A DNA stretch of 64,000 nt from Nitrosopumilaceae archaeon (lineage in GTDB: Archaea; Thermoproteota; Nitrososphaeria; Nitrososphaerales; Nitrosopumilaceae): positions 160,001 to 224,000 of the forward strand of contig CBDBCR010000003.1 of assembly GCA_965203465.1 (NCBI GenBank), read 5' to 3'. Under the pieces are notes generated by a model. It saw nothing but the letters and a program-made list of their open reading frames with translations, was not told where the DNA came from and ran no database searches. Positions 31,401 through 39,901 of this stretch are shown here, piece by piece. Positions within the stretch are counted from its first letter, which is position 1; the number at the start of each line of letters is the position of its first letter. The translations under genes were made by a program, and so were the position numbers.

Positions 31401-33239
31401 CTGCCGCAGGGCCTCGCTCAATTTTACGGTGATGTAGTCGTCCGTGTCCGTCTCGGATGTCACCTCGGATCCTGTCAGCGCGGCGCCGCCCGTTCCCTGG
31501 CCGTCGCGTATGAAGATCTTCGCCAGGTCGACGCCGGCGCCGTCCTTTACGGACTCGTCGAACGCCAGCGCCAATATGCCGGTGCTCTCGTCGAGGGACG
31601 GCCCGCCGTGGCCTGGCGCTACGCGACAGAAGACGCTTCGGTCAACGTTGCTGCTGCAAAGATCGCCGAGTGACATCCTGTTTTGGCCGGACGTTATGAG
31701 CCGCGGGCCGGTCGAGTCTAAATTCTGGGTGACGTCGGTGCCGGCCGCGTCGGCCGCGATAGGGACTAGGTTGGCGTCCTCTATGCCCCCGGCGGCGATG
31801 TACAGGTACGGATCCGACAGGGCGATGGCGTCCCGCCTGCTGGCCTCGGACATCTCGAACTCGAACGTGGAGCCGTCAGACTGGCCGGGCTTTATCTCCG
31901 CGTCGGACAGGGTGACCTCGCCTGCCGAGCCGTCGGCCGCGCCGGAGCCCTCGCGCAGCTCAAAGTCGGCGCCGTTTGCGCTCGAGATGTCCACGTCCTC
32001 GCTGAACGTTATGGTGAGCAGCCCGGTCTCCTCGTAGAGGGTCGCCGAAGAGACGGTCGGCGGCGTCTGTTCTGTGACCGTTCTGATCCCCGTGCTCGAC
32101 GAAGACGCCACAATGGCCTGGTCCGACAGGTCCTTTACTGCACCCGCGTCAAAGCGCAGGTGCGGCGCCGCGTATCCGACGATCGTAGTCTTGAGCGCCT
32201 CGGGCACCGTTATGGATATCTCGGAGTCCGTGTCCACGGACGAAGTCACCGTGGAGCTGGACAGCGCCGTGCCGCCCGAAGTGAACGAGCCGTCGTTGAC
32301 GAATATCTTGGTCAGATCCACGTTGGCCGGGCCGTCCTTTACCGATTCGCTGAACGTAAGCGTCAGTACGTTGGCTCCCGCGTAGAGCGACGGCCCGGGC
32401 GCGGCCAGCGTCGGGGGCGTGTTGTCCCGCATGTAGGAGACCCAGACGAAGGTGCCACCCGCTACGAAGTTTCCCGACGTGTCCTTTACTGCATCTTGGT
32501 ACTCTACCCAATAGTATTGCCCGCCCAAGTTTATGGCCCTTTTGCGGTGGTCCTCGCTGAGCTTGATTGTGAGCGCGGCGGAATCGCCCGAAGACGTGAC
32601 CGTGGAGCCGTCCCGGGGGCAGGGCGCGGGCAAGCACTGGGCGGACTGGTCGGCTAGCCCCATTTGCAAGGTCCCCAGGTGGAATTGTCCCTGGCCGTGC
32701 AAGAACAGATGCATGTGGTGCAGGTTTACGTCCTCCCGGTCTGCCTGCACGAGCTCGTCAAAGTTGAGCGTGAGCAGGCCCGACTCTCCGTCCAGGGAGG
32801 CCGAGGTTATCGACGGGCGGGTGGTGTCCGGCGTCACGCTGGCACTCGGGATGGACAGATCCCCGTCGCCGACGGCGGGCAGCGCCAGCGAATCCGCGTC
32901 GGACTTGAAGGCGTTCGCCCCTATCAGCACCTCCAAGTCGCCCGACATCGCCCTGACGGCCTCTTTTTGCGCGTTGCTCAGCCCTATCACGACGGTGCTG
33001 GAGCTCGATATGATCGAGGCGCTGGTGTCCAGCGTGAGCGTCGGCGAGTTGTCCGCCTCGCGGACGGTGATCTTGGGGAGGGTGTCCGCCTCGCTCGTGT
33101 GCGCGCCCACGTCCACGTCGAATTTGAGCGTCAGCTTGCCCGCGTAATAGGCGGTGTTTTGGCCGCTGCCGGTCGAAAAGTTGTTCAGATCCACCGAAGC
33201 CGATTCCAGCACCGGGGTGGCCGCCTCGGCCGCCTGCAT
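25428..33239 (-). CDS. Giant multidomain surface protein (2603+ aa): repeated Ig-like units, LVIVD-repeat propeller, type-1 periplasmic-binding domain, C-terminal 'DCTPPTLG' domain
   Basis: About six PxxxSAxLDExxGxLTLxFDE units; LQIVDISDP repeats; VTIGALVPLTG...AVIGPATSG; an in-frame hydrophobic signal stretch continues upstream of ATG 33239. Confidence 0.85.
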   Translation of the reverse strand: MQAAEAATPVLESASVDLNNFSTGSGQNTAYYAGKLTLKFDVDVGAHTSEADTLPKITVREADNSPTLTLDTSASIISSSSTVVIGLSNAQKEAVRAMSGDLEVLIGANAFKSDADSLALPAVGDGDLSIPSASVTPDTTRPSITSASLDGESGLLTLNFDELVQADREDVNLHHMHLFLHGQGQFHLGTLQMGLADQSAQCLPAPCPRDGSTVTSSGDSAALTIKLSEDHRKRAINLGGQYYWVEYQDAVKDTSGNFVAGGTFVWVSYMRDNTPPTLAAPGPSLYAGANVLTLTFSESVKDGPANVDLTKIFVNDGSFTSGGTALSSSTVTSSVDTDSEISITVPEALKTTIVGYAAPHLRFDAGAVKDLSDQAIVASSSSTGIRTVTEQTPPTVSSATLYEETGLLTITFSEDVDISSANGADFELREGSGAADGSAGEVTLSDAEIKPGQSDGSTFEFEMSEASRRDAIALSDPYLYIAAGGIEDANLVPIAADAAGTDVTQNLDSTGPRLITSGQNRMSLGDLCSSNVDRSVFCRVAPGHGGPSLDESTGILALAFDESVKDGAGVDLAKIFIRDGQGTGGAALTGSEVTSETDTDDYITVKLSEALRQSAIGYTTPYVRLDAGAVRDLSDLPVAAATAEITDTPDAVRPSISSAELDEASGVLTLTFDEWVKDSADLAKIFMADGSFTTGGTALTGSQITSSGDSDARITVQLSETLAQAGAVYAAPHLRFERSAVEDLSDLSVDPVALEISDTPDPSVLPAIMSAESVSPHTVRIYFNMPMTGAGSAEAWSAGGSGAISVRVPQERVITQDIPPPPRPDWPALLWPVPASWTTEYLDPTAVISAYVTFRDPVMSGQSLSYAPGDVQDFHDRAVAAQSVQISARSAYAPVDTAAVLASAITDGQASGRPVSPGDPYRTVKNFDPGYVFNIPSITRYHSLGGAADVDVYAVDGEELARTLYSGTWSTVRYDPATEMAHLSGRIGSPDTPPETVSLRGSAGTFAVVASADDNGLQIVDISDPYSPRSVSYMADGRSPMYGCADPNQYTGQQLHCITPTTDLAADPLRRLAELDGTDAVEIVKIGDRTYAVAVSPGAPYQVGGFQMVDITDPGNPNSGYSVNNGAWATNIDALLTISDLAVFETGGKTYVAFASQYGGTYSQYQGAVTILDISNPAAIRQISFAVAGERDADGRLFDSLYNPVGIDTFESGGSTYAVVSSLDDWYYGNDGEGSVQILDLSDPANPKRAASITPGLLDRDGRAFGDIYSPGQVLAFELGGVPHAAIVASDDPDEYSGEFIQIVNLKDPSAPRSAGVIGPYLDGHPLASFDSIERIDVSEAGGRTVLAATVDQPDGLFLIDVTDPASPQRLAYARDGHNDPAGERVGLDDPLGVSLRTVDGRLYAAVASSNAAVTGLNNTRGGLTVLDLTETAGLGDLHTVTIGALVPLTGPVSSLGEHWEAAMQVGVKDLNERLEQTDSDWRVSLDIRDSRAEPDTALARLSDLNSAGIKAVIGPATSGGVTRVQDYAAANGVTVLSYGSTAASLAKQDGIFRLIPPDTLMGPFIAEQLLNAGIKHATIAYRDDAWGRGLAESVKSRFDLGSGYTTALVPFVSSTDGAPLDSAALVSQMSATHVASDSAVLLFDFSTDTVEIMAAADAASSAPGAPPGAAALGTSQWFGTSILDTILSHTDQVRDFASQVRYTSVDAVFDRDHPQFDRVTREISARLPDGHRDFGIYTYAAYDSVHLMGRAVLLGDSAAASALLENIPAAARGHAGLIGDTTLDINGDLAGTEFQLLQVRGGQAVPIPKYEVPLTVTEFTVTSRHPSGMATGGDSYEPTGTLVLQGGQRVLTSGEGVCVPEGDRPRTLVDISFRAEETFTMGEFDVLINGRSASLQPPLPNPESSVEETTPPAKQFAAEWAACGTDPDGPLDISIEVMIDGVPVTFGEERLTGPNVLVDNTAPQLDQISLVGQRSVALFYSEPVVTAAADYTLFEYGASSVPAASSVHGSGTASVLAMLAQSDAELMSSTRIDFQVSGVTDRVGNALLNGGAKSLVPADARDGAVVLRDTARDGRTELVLPPDSIVSTVVARQPVAIDASLLPDPASPAASVASAGGQTAEFSSGLTVMFASATVVLPAGLQVGGLPADQTLPMSASSSTVPSDDYAFSYRLDTSQSATLVEVGDPAGRVELSLPARIEFSTPLQELVFVVTGGQTLAVQECPEDLTGSSTHAEAAGHLASLEGQDGTDAGSCYVRESSTVWTSHFSAWGTGPALPPSGGSECDDCTPPTLGYDEYGAKLVDGGFAYNGLSSDVAYFFTPYPLIESEVGKQNTVVLKMYENQGPGNVEHVSLAFGLRSGEVISESRAVVNYDISFDGTGAVSVIDPDGAIDLDTLSASHDVVECSAGSSLECLSVTITHTFRAPLEFDIVGTDVWDRERNSWQNYYNHGIRVSGEPMDPQPGIEVDGMLLYRVSSGEDVLVDGDGHLFKLSPEGEYLPLYNQSRLYHDIDESMYIYDGIPKQGYDRGDPEFRDHLYAQVMAAQKVLDSMMPAPEPDAPAPAPQLPDLEADERRLREAVLAEQARAALLFEELFGYPGINGQD

Positions 33240-33316
33240 GCCAACCGCGCAGGCGGCGAGCGCCGCTACCGCCAGAACGTAAGAGCCAAGAGATCTTCCC
33301 AGTCCTAAGCCACCGT

Positions 33317-33328
33317 CCCCCCCCCCCC
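33317..33328 (-). repeat. Poly-G12 tract between the TATA-like box and the signal-peptide region of the giant protein
   Basis: C12 on the + strand; TTATATAAT on the - strand at about 33332-33340. Confidence 0.85.
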
Positions 33329-33401
33329 GGTATTATATAAGTCAAGAGCCGGTACCGCGCGCCAAACTACACATAAATCGAAGGGCGTCGGGCCCCATCC
33401 C

Positions 33402-34529
33402 ATGGTCACGGTCTCTGTCATAAAGGCCGACATCGGAGGCATAGGCGGCCACACCAAGCCGAGCGACGGCGTCTTGGAGGCGGTCAACAGGACGGTAAAC
33501 AGGGACAAGGAGCTGTGGCTGGACAGGTACATCGGGTACTGCGGCGACGACATACACATCGTGGTCTCGCACGAGCGCGGCGTCGGGGACGAAAAGATAC
33601 ACAAGATGGCCTGGGAGGCTTTCATGGACGGCACCCAGATAGCAAAGTACCAGGGCCTGTACGGGGCGGGGCAGGACCTGCTAAAGGACTCGTTTTCGGG
33701 CAACATCAAGGGCATGGGCCCCGGCGTGGCCGAGATGGAGTTCGACGAGAGGCCCAACGAGGCGTTCACCGTCTTTGCGGCCGACAAGACCGAGCCGGGC
33801 GCGTTCAACTACCCGATGTACAGGCTCTTCGTCGACGGCCTGAGCAACACCGGCCTGATAGTCAACAAGTCCCTCGCCGAGGGCGTAAAGTTCCGCATAA
33901 TGGACGTCCAGGAGGGCGCCACCGCCGAGCTGGAGCTGTGGGCCGACAAGCCCACCGTAGAGGCCGCGCTGATGTACCCGGGAAGGTACGTCATAGACAC
34001 GATAACCACGAAGGGCGGCGAGCCCATAGTGGCCGCCTCGACGGACCGCCTCCACAACATCGCCGGCACGTACGTGGGCAAGGACGATCCGGTCTGCATC
34101 GTGCGCACGCAAAAGGCGTTCCCCGCGACCGAGGAGGCCGGCAGCGCCTTCAACAACCCCCACTACGTGGCGGGCAACACGCGCGGCAGCCACAACATGC
34201 CGCTCATGCCCGTGAGGCTCAACTCGGCGGCGTCCATCAACTTTTGCATACCCATAGTCGAGGCGCTCGTCTTCAGCATGCACGGCGGCAGGCTGACCGG
34301 CCCGTTCGACGGCTTCTCCACGCCCGACTGGGACCTGGTCAGGGAGACGGCCTCGCGCAAGGCGCGCGACATGCGCAGCCAGGGCTTCGTGCACCCTGCC
34401 ACGCTGGTCCCCCACGAGCTGGAATACGCCGAGGGGTACAGGGCCCGCATGGACGTCCTAAAGTCGCGCATGGTGCCGCTCGAAGAGCGCCCGCGGCCGG
34501 CCGGCGGCGCCTACGAGGATCCCGACTGA
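33402..34529 (+). CDS. fbp: Fructose-1,6-bisphosphate aldolase/phosphatase
   Basis: VIKADIGG..GH, GLYGAGQDLL, ADKTEPGAFN, YVGKDDP. Confidence 0.96.
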   Translation: MVTVSVIKADIGGIGGHTKPSDGVLEAVNRTVNRDKELWLDRYIGYCGDDIHIVVSHERGVGDEKIHKMAWEAFMDGTQIAKYQGLYGAGQDLLKDSFSGNIKGMGPGVAEMEFDERPNEAFTVFAADKTEPGAFNYPMYRLFVDGLSNTGLIVNKSLAEGVKFRIMDVQEGATAELELWADKPTVEAALMYPGRYVIDTITTKGGEPIVAASTDRLHNIAGTYVGKDDPVCIVRTQKAFPATEEAGSAFNNPHYVAGNTRGSHNMPLMPVRLNSAASINFCIPIVEALVFSMHGGRLTGPFDGFSTPDWDLVRETASRKARDMRSQGFVHPATLVPHELEYAEGYRARMDVLKSRMVPLEERPRPAGGAYEDPD

Positions 34530-35548
34530 TGGTCTCGGTGGCCACGCTCGGATCCCACTGCGCCCTGCAGGTGCTCAAAGGCGCAAAGGACGAGGGCTTC
34601 GAGACCGTACTGGTCTGCGAGAAAAAGAGGATGGGGCTGTACGCCCGGTTCGGGTTCATCGATCACGCCGTACCCGTGGACTCGTTTTCGGAGATAGTTG
34701 GGGGCGCGTGCGCCGAGGCCCTCCGGAGGCACGATTCCGTGCTGGTGCCGCACGGCACGCTGGTCTCGCAGCTGGACCCCGAGGCCATCGAGGGCCTGGG
34801 GGTGCCCGTGTTCGGCAACAGGTTCATGCTGCGCTGGGAGTCGGACCGCGCCATGAAGGACAGGCTGATGCGCGAATCCGGCCTGGACGTGCCCGCGCAG
34901 GCCCCCGATCCCGGCTCCATAACAAAGCTCTCCATAGTAAAGAGGCAGGGGGCCGCCGGCGGCCGCGGCTACTTTATGGCCTCGAGCGAAAAAGAGTACC
35001 GCGAAAAGCGCGCCTCGCTCGTGGAGCGGGGCACCATATCCGACGACGAGCCGCTGTACATACAAGAGTACGTCGGCGGGGTGCTGGCGTACCTTCAGTA
35101 CTTTTACTCCCCCCTTTCGGGCACCCTGGAGTTTTACGGCGCCGACCGGCGGCACGAATCGGACATCGAGGGCCTGGCCAGGACGCCCGCCGAGCACCAG
35201 AGGCCCGGCCACGTCCCCTCGTTCAACGTCATAGGCAACAGCCCCATGGTGCTGCGCGAATCGCTGCTCGGGCGCGTCTACGAGATGGGCGAGGGGTTCG
35301 TCGAGGCCTCGGCGCGCCTGGTCCCGCCAGGCATGAACGGGCCGTTCTGCATAGAGGGCGTGTACGACGCGTCCGGCAAGTTCTGGGCGTTCGAGTTTTC
35401 GGCGCGCATCGTGGCCGGCACCAACGTGTACACGCAGGGCTCGCCGTACTCTGTCTTTTACGGCGAGCCCATGAGCATGGGCAGGAGGATCGCCCGCGAG
35501 CTGCGCGGGGCCGAAAAAGAGGGCCGGCTGGCCGACGTGGCCGCCTGA
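34529..35548 (+). CDS. purP: Formate-dependent AICAR formyltransferase (ATP-grasp)
   Basis: ATLGSHCALQVLKGAKDEGF, RESLL, FEFSARIVAGTN. Confidence 0.93.
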   Translation: MVSVATLGSHCALQVLKGAKDEGFETVLVCEKKRMGLYARFGFIDHAVPVDSFSEIVGGACAEALRRHDSVLVPHGTLVSQLDPEAIEGLGVPVFGNRFMLRWESDRAMKDRLMRESGLDVPAQAPDPGSITKLSIVKRQGAAGGRGYFMASSEKEYREKRASLVERGTISDDEPLYIQEYVGGVLAYLQYFYSPLSGTLEFYGADRRHESDIEGLARTPAEHQRPGHVPSFNVIGNSPMVLRESLLGRVYEMGEGFVEASARLVPPGMNGPFCIEGVYDASGKFWAFEFSARIVAGTNVYTQGSPYSVFYGEPMSMGRRIARELRGAEKEGRLADVAA

Positions 35549-37600
35549 TCAGCTGCCGACGACCGCCGCGGACAGGCCCTCGGCGCTGCGCCGCACGGCC
35601 TCGACCACCGCGCCCGGATCCGACATGCCCGACAGGTCCTCGAGGCGGGCCTCGCCCATCAGGCAGACCCGCGGGGCCACGCTCCTGCCTCGCACCTGCG
35701 ATTCCACCCAGGAGGCCACCTGCCCGGGCGCGCCCGAGGCGGCGCGCGCGTCGTCCATCGACATGCGCAACCGGCCGCGCCGGTCCAGCACCACGACCGG
35801 GCGCCGCGCCCTGCCGAGCAGGCCGCCCTTCCTGTCCGCCGAGAACGCCACGTGGTGCTCGGTCGAGGCGGCCACCGAGGCGGGCGAGCCGAGCATCTGC
35901 GAGGCGCGCTCCAAGAGCTCGGCCTCGCCGAGGCGCCCCGAGTCGGAGCTGTCCATGTCCACGCTGCCCACCGCGCAGACGCGCAGCATCGCCTTTTCGG
36001 GGACGAACTCGGTCGACACCGAGACGGTCTGGGGCACCGCGCCGCGCGCTATCATCGAGTCGTGCGCCCCGCGCACGGCCGCCGAGACGGCGCCCGGATC
36101 CGGCGAGGACATCGGTATCTCGGATTCGTCCTGCATCATGGCGGAGGCGGCCCCTATCGACGATATCACCTCGGCGTCGGCGGCCAGCTCGTACTCCAGG
36201 CCCAGCTGCTTTGCCACGAACGGGGCCAGCACCGAGGCGCCGCCCCCGCCGCCGACGATGCGCGCCGAGCCGCCCAGGCCGAACTCCTTGACGGCGCGCG
36301 CGACCGCCTTTGTTATGGGGAACGATGCCGTCTGTATCACCGAGAGGGCCGCCTCCGAGTACGAGACGCCCAGCATCGAGCCGAGCATCCCGAGCGCCGA
36401 GCGCGCCGACTCTTGGCGCGCCGACGAGTTGTCCCCCGCGGGCAGCGAGTCGAGCGCGTTGGCGGCGCACGTGGGCGTTATCGCGAAGGCGCCCGAGCCC
36501 GACTCCACGACCGCGTACCTGCCGCCGGCCACGTCGAGCATTTTCGCCTCGCCGCCGGAGAGCTCGTCCGGCCCCGCGTAGCACGAGTACGTCAGGCCGG
36601 CGATGTGCGCGCTGCGCGGTCCCACCGAGTCTATCCTGCCGTTCTTGACCGAGACCAGGCTGCCGCCGGCGACTCCCAGCACGCGCACGTCCATGGAGCG
36701 CACGCACGTGGGGTGCTCGTCGACGGTCACGTACTTTATCTGCGGCCTGCCGCCGCGTATGACGCAGATGTTCGTGCTGGTCCCGCCAACCTCCACAAAC
36801 ACGCCGTCCGAGACGCGCGTGTGCAGCAGGGCGCCGGCCACGCTGGCCGCCGGGCCCGAGAGGACCGTCGATATGGGCTTTGTGCGGAACGCGCCCATGT
36901 CCGAGATCCCGCCGTCGCCGCGCATCACCATCAGCGGCGCGGCCACGCCGGCGCCGCGCAGCGCCGACTCCACGTAGTCTGCCACCTGCCTGGCGCGCGG
37001 CAGCACGCTGGCGTTGACCGCCGCGGTCAGCGTCCTTATCTCGAGGCCGTACGCGCCCGAGATCTCGTGCGAGGCCGTCGCCGGCAGGCCCTTTTTGCGG
37101 GCGCACTCCATGACGAACTCCTCGTTGGACGGATCGTCCACGCCGAACGCCTCGGTGGCCACGACCACCTCGGCGCCCCCCCCGCGCAGACGGCCGAGCG
37201 CCGAGCCGACCTCCTCTTCGGTGAGCAGCCTCGAGGTGTCCAGGAACTCGTGCAGCACGTCCATGGAGCCGGACAGGCGCGTGCGCCTCGTCACGTTCTT
37301 GCGCTCGGGCCCCACCCCCATGGCCACGACGCCCACGCGCGCCGTGTCCCGCTCGAGCAGCGCGTTTATGGCCTGCGTCGTGCTGTGCGATATCATGTCT
37401 ATCTGATCGGGCCGTATCTCCGAGCCCGACATCAGGGCCTCGAGGGCCGCCACTATGCCGCCGGCCACGCCGCGCGGATCAGAGTGCGTCGTGGGCACCG
37501 AGGCGCGGCCGGCCACCCCGCCGCCGCCCGACTCTACGGCGACGGCCTTTGTGAACGTGCCGCCCACGTCTATCCCTACGCGGAAGCGCCGCTCAGTCAT
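35549..37600 (-). CDS. Hydantoinase/oxoprolinase family protein
   Basis: GIDVGGTFTKAV, HSTTQAINALLE, LSGPAAS, EVGGTST. Confidence 0.88.
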   Translation of the reverse strand: MTERRFRVGIDVGGTFTKAVAVESGGGGVAGRASVPTTHSDPRGVAGGIVAALEALMSGSEIRPDQIDMISHSTTQAINALLERDTARVGVVAMGVGPERKNVTRRTRLSGSMDVLHEFLDTSRLLTEEEVGSALGRLRGGGAEVVVATEAFGVDDPSNEEFVMECARKKGLPATASHEISGAYGLEIRTLTAAVNASVLPRARQVADYVESALRGAGVAAPLMVMRGDGGISDMGAFRTKPISTVLSGPAASVAGALLHTRVSDGVFVEVGGTSTNICVIRGGRPQIKYVTVDEHPTCVRSMDVRVLGVAGGSLVSVKNGRIDSVGPRSAHIAGLTYSCYAGPDELSGGEAKMLDVAGGRYAVVESGSGAFAITPTCAANALDSLPAGDNSSARQESARSALGMLGSMLGVSYSEAALSVIQTASFPITKAVARAVKEFGLGGSARIVGGGGGASVLAPFVAKQLGLEYELAADAEVISSIGAASAMMQDESEIPMSSPDPGAVSAAVRGAHDSMIARGAVPQTVSVSTEFVPEKAMLRVCAVGSVDMDSSDSGRLGEAELLERASQMLGSPASVAASTEHHVAFSADRKGGLLGRARRPVVVLDRRGRLRMSMDDARAASGAPGQVASWVESQVRGRSVAPRVCLMGEARLEDLSGMSDPGAVVEAVRRSAEGLSAAVVGS

Positions 37601-39734
37601 GGCCCTTCCGCGAGACCCGCATCGACTCGAGGCGGGCCGCCCGGCGCGGGCGCAGCACCAGCACGTACAGCGAGGCGCCAAGGTACACCGAGAGCAGCAG
37701 TATCTGCGCGACGACCGTCTCGAGGGTCGGGTATATGCCGGTCATGGCCGCCGTGTTTATGTCCAGGCGCGGGACGGTGCCCAGCAGGCTCGTGTAGGGA
37801 ACGACGTCGATGACCTGCAGCTCCCGCACGCCGTTGCCGAGGAACGCTATGGACAGGTACGCGCCCACGCCCATGGTCAGCCCGAAGAGCGCCCGCAGCG
37901 GGAGCTTTTTGCCCAGCCGGCGCACCGCCCAGTATATGGCCAGCAGCGAGGCCAGGCCCAGCACGAAGCCGAGCGCCACGTACCCCTCCATGTACCGGGC
38001 GAAGCCGGACATGGCCTGGTAGAACAGGACCGTCTCGAAGCCCTCCCTGTACACCGTGAAGAATGCCAGCATCACGAAGACCGAGGCGCTGCCCGTCGCG
38101 GTGGCCTGCCACACCTTGGCCTTTACGAACTCCATCCACTTGCGGTGCTCCAGCTTGCCCAGCACCCAAAAGCTGACGTAGAACAGGACGGCCGTGGCCG
38201 AGAGCGCCGCGACGGCCTCTATCAGTTCCCGGTCGGCCCCCGATATCTCTATCAGGTAGGAGGCCACCGCCCAGGTGGCCGCCGTGGCGGCGACGGCGGC
38301 GGCCACGCCGTAGTACACGTACTTTGAAAAGCGCGTGTTGCGCGACGATTCCAGGTACATCAGTATGACCCCCAGTATCAGGACCGACTCGAGGCCCTCG
38401 CGGAATATTATGGCGAACGAAGAAGTAAACGCGATGGCCGGCGCCAGCGTGCCGGGCCCCGAGACGAGCCTCTCTGATTCGTCGAGGTTGCGGTCTATCG
38501 CGGTGGCCAAGGCCTGCACGTCCTCGGCCGGCTCGCCACGCGATATGGCGCTGCGCAGCTCGGCGAACTGGAACTCGACTTCGAGCGTAAAGTCCGGATC
38601 TATCGCGCGCAGGGGCACCTCGACGTACTCGTAGCTGTCGAGGTACGCGGTGCGCGCCAGCGCGTGCGCCTCAACGGCGTCGCCGGCCTCGTAGGTCGCG
38701 ACTGCCTCGCGCAGCGTGTCCCGGATGAAGTCAATCTCGCTGCGCACCTCGGACTTTTGGTCCTCGGTCGCGCTGCCTATGTCGAGCAGCTCCTTTTCGG
38801 GCGCCGGCCCCGAGGACGAGACGGCCGCCATGGCCTGGGCTATGGTCAGGCTCGGCAGTATGGTTTCGTTGAGGAAGGAGAGTATCTCGGGCGCGGGCCG
38901 CTCCTCCTTTATCATGTCGCGCAGGTCCTCGCGCATCTGCCACTCTAGCTCGTAGAGCAGATCGGGGTCGGCGCGCTCTATGTTGGCCTCGAGGTACTCG
39001 AAGTTCTCCAGGTACGCCTCGATGCACAGCTCTTCCGCCAGGGCGTAGTCGCCCTCTTCGAGAGCGGCGGACATGTCCGAGTACAGGGAGCGTATGTTGG
39101 CGTACAGGTGCGCCTCGTCGTGGCCGCCCAGCTCGTGCCCCGTCAGGTCGCGGCTGATGGCCGCGATCAGCGTCCCGACGGGGTGGAAGTCGTACTTTTC
39201 CTCCATCATCGATTCGAGCTCGTCCCAGAACGATTCCAGCTCCAGAAAGAGGCGTTCCTCGTGGCCCGCGGTGTCCGACAGCGCCCGGGCGCGCGCGACC
39301 AGGTCGCGCGAGAGCTCGTAGGCATCTTCGTTGCCGCCGCGCGAGTGCTCCTGGTAGGCCTCGTCGGCGGAGCCGAGCAGCAGCGATGCGGCAAGCGCCG
39401 GATCCGGCGAGACGGGCTCTATTCTGCCGAGCGCCTCGCGCACCTGCGCCGCCTTTTCGGAAAGATCCCCCCCCTGCGAGGCCTCGCTGTACAGGTCCAG
39501 CACCCCGATGTGGACCAGGTCGGCCGATTCGGGGTCTGCCTCGCGCAGGGAACCGAGGCCGGCTGCCACCACGTCGGCGGCCATCCGCATGGCGTACGAG
39601 TGGTCGCCGGGCCCGTCGGCCGAGCCGAGCGCCGAGGATACGGCCTCCTTTACGTAGAGGACCTGCGTGCCGTCCGCGTAGGCGGGGGCCGCGGCAAAGG
39701 CGGCCAGTGCCAGCAGCATCAGGCAACCGCGCAA
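37593..39734 (-). CDS. FTR1-family iron permease with N-terminal extracellular helical domains
   Basis: Two RExxE motifs (FREGLE, YREGFE); AYLENFEYLE and AYLDSYEYVE. Confidence 0.92.
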   Translation of the reverse strand: MRGCLMLLALAAFAAAPAYADGTQVLYVKEAVSSALGSADGPGDHSYAMRMAADVVAAGLGSLREADPESADLVHIGVLDLYSEASQGGDLSEKAAQVREALGRIEPVSPDPALAASLLLGSADEAYQEHSRGGNEDAYELSRDLVARARALSDTAGHEERLFLELESFWDELESMMEEKYDFHPVGTLIAAISRDLTGHELGGHDEAHLYANIRSLYSDMSAALEEGDYALAEELCIEAYLENFEYLEANIERADPDLLYELEWQMREDLRDMIKEERPAPEILSFLNETILPSLTIAQAMAAVSSSGPAPEKELLDIGSATEDQKSEVRSEIDFIRDTLREAVATYEAGDAVEAHALARTAYLDSYEYVEVPLRAIDPDFTLEVEFQFAELRSAISRGEPAEDVQALATAIDRNLDESERLVSGPGTLAPAIAFTSSFAIIFREGLESVLILGVILMYLESSRNTRFSKYVYYGVAAAVAATAATWAVASYLIEISGADRELIEAVAALSATAVLFYVSFWVLGKLEHRKWMEFVKAKVWQATATGSASVFVMLAFFTVYREGFETVLFYQAMSGFARYMEGYVALGFVLGLASLLAIYWAVRRLGKKLPLRALFGLTMGVGAYLSIAFLGNGVRELQVIDVVPYTSLLGTVPRLDINTAAMTGIYPTLETVVAQILLLSVYLGASLYVLVLRPRRAARLESMRVSRKGHD

Positions 39735-39901
39735 CGGGCCGCCGGGCCCCGGTTTTCTATTTAAGTCAAATACCAATTATACGATCGTGTAAAGCGGCCG
39801 TTCGCCGAAGGGCCCCGTCTTGCGTCGGCGTCTTGCCCCGGCCATGCCGCGCTCCGGATGCCGCTCTGCAAGCCCGGTGTTTTTGCTACTCGGCCACGCC
39901 T

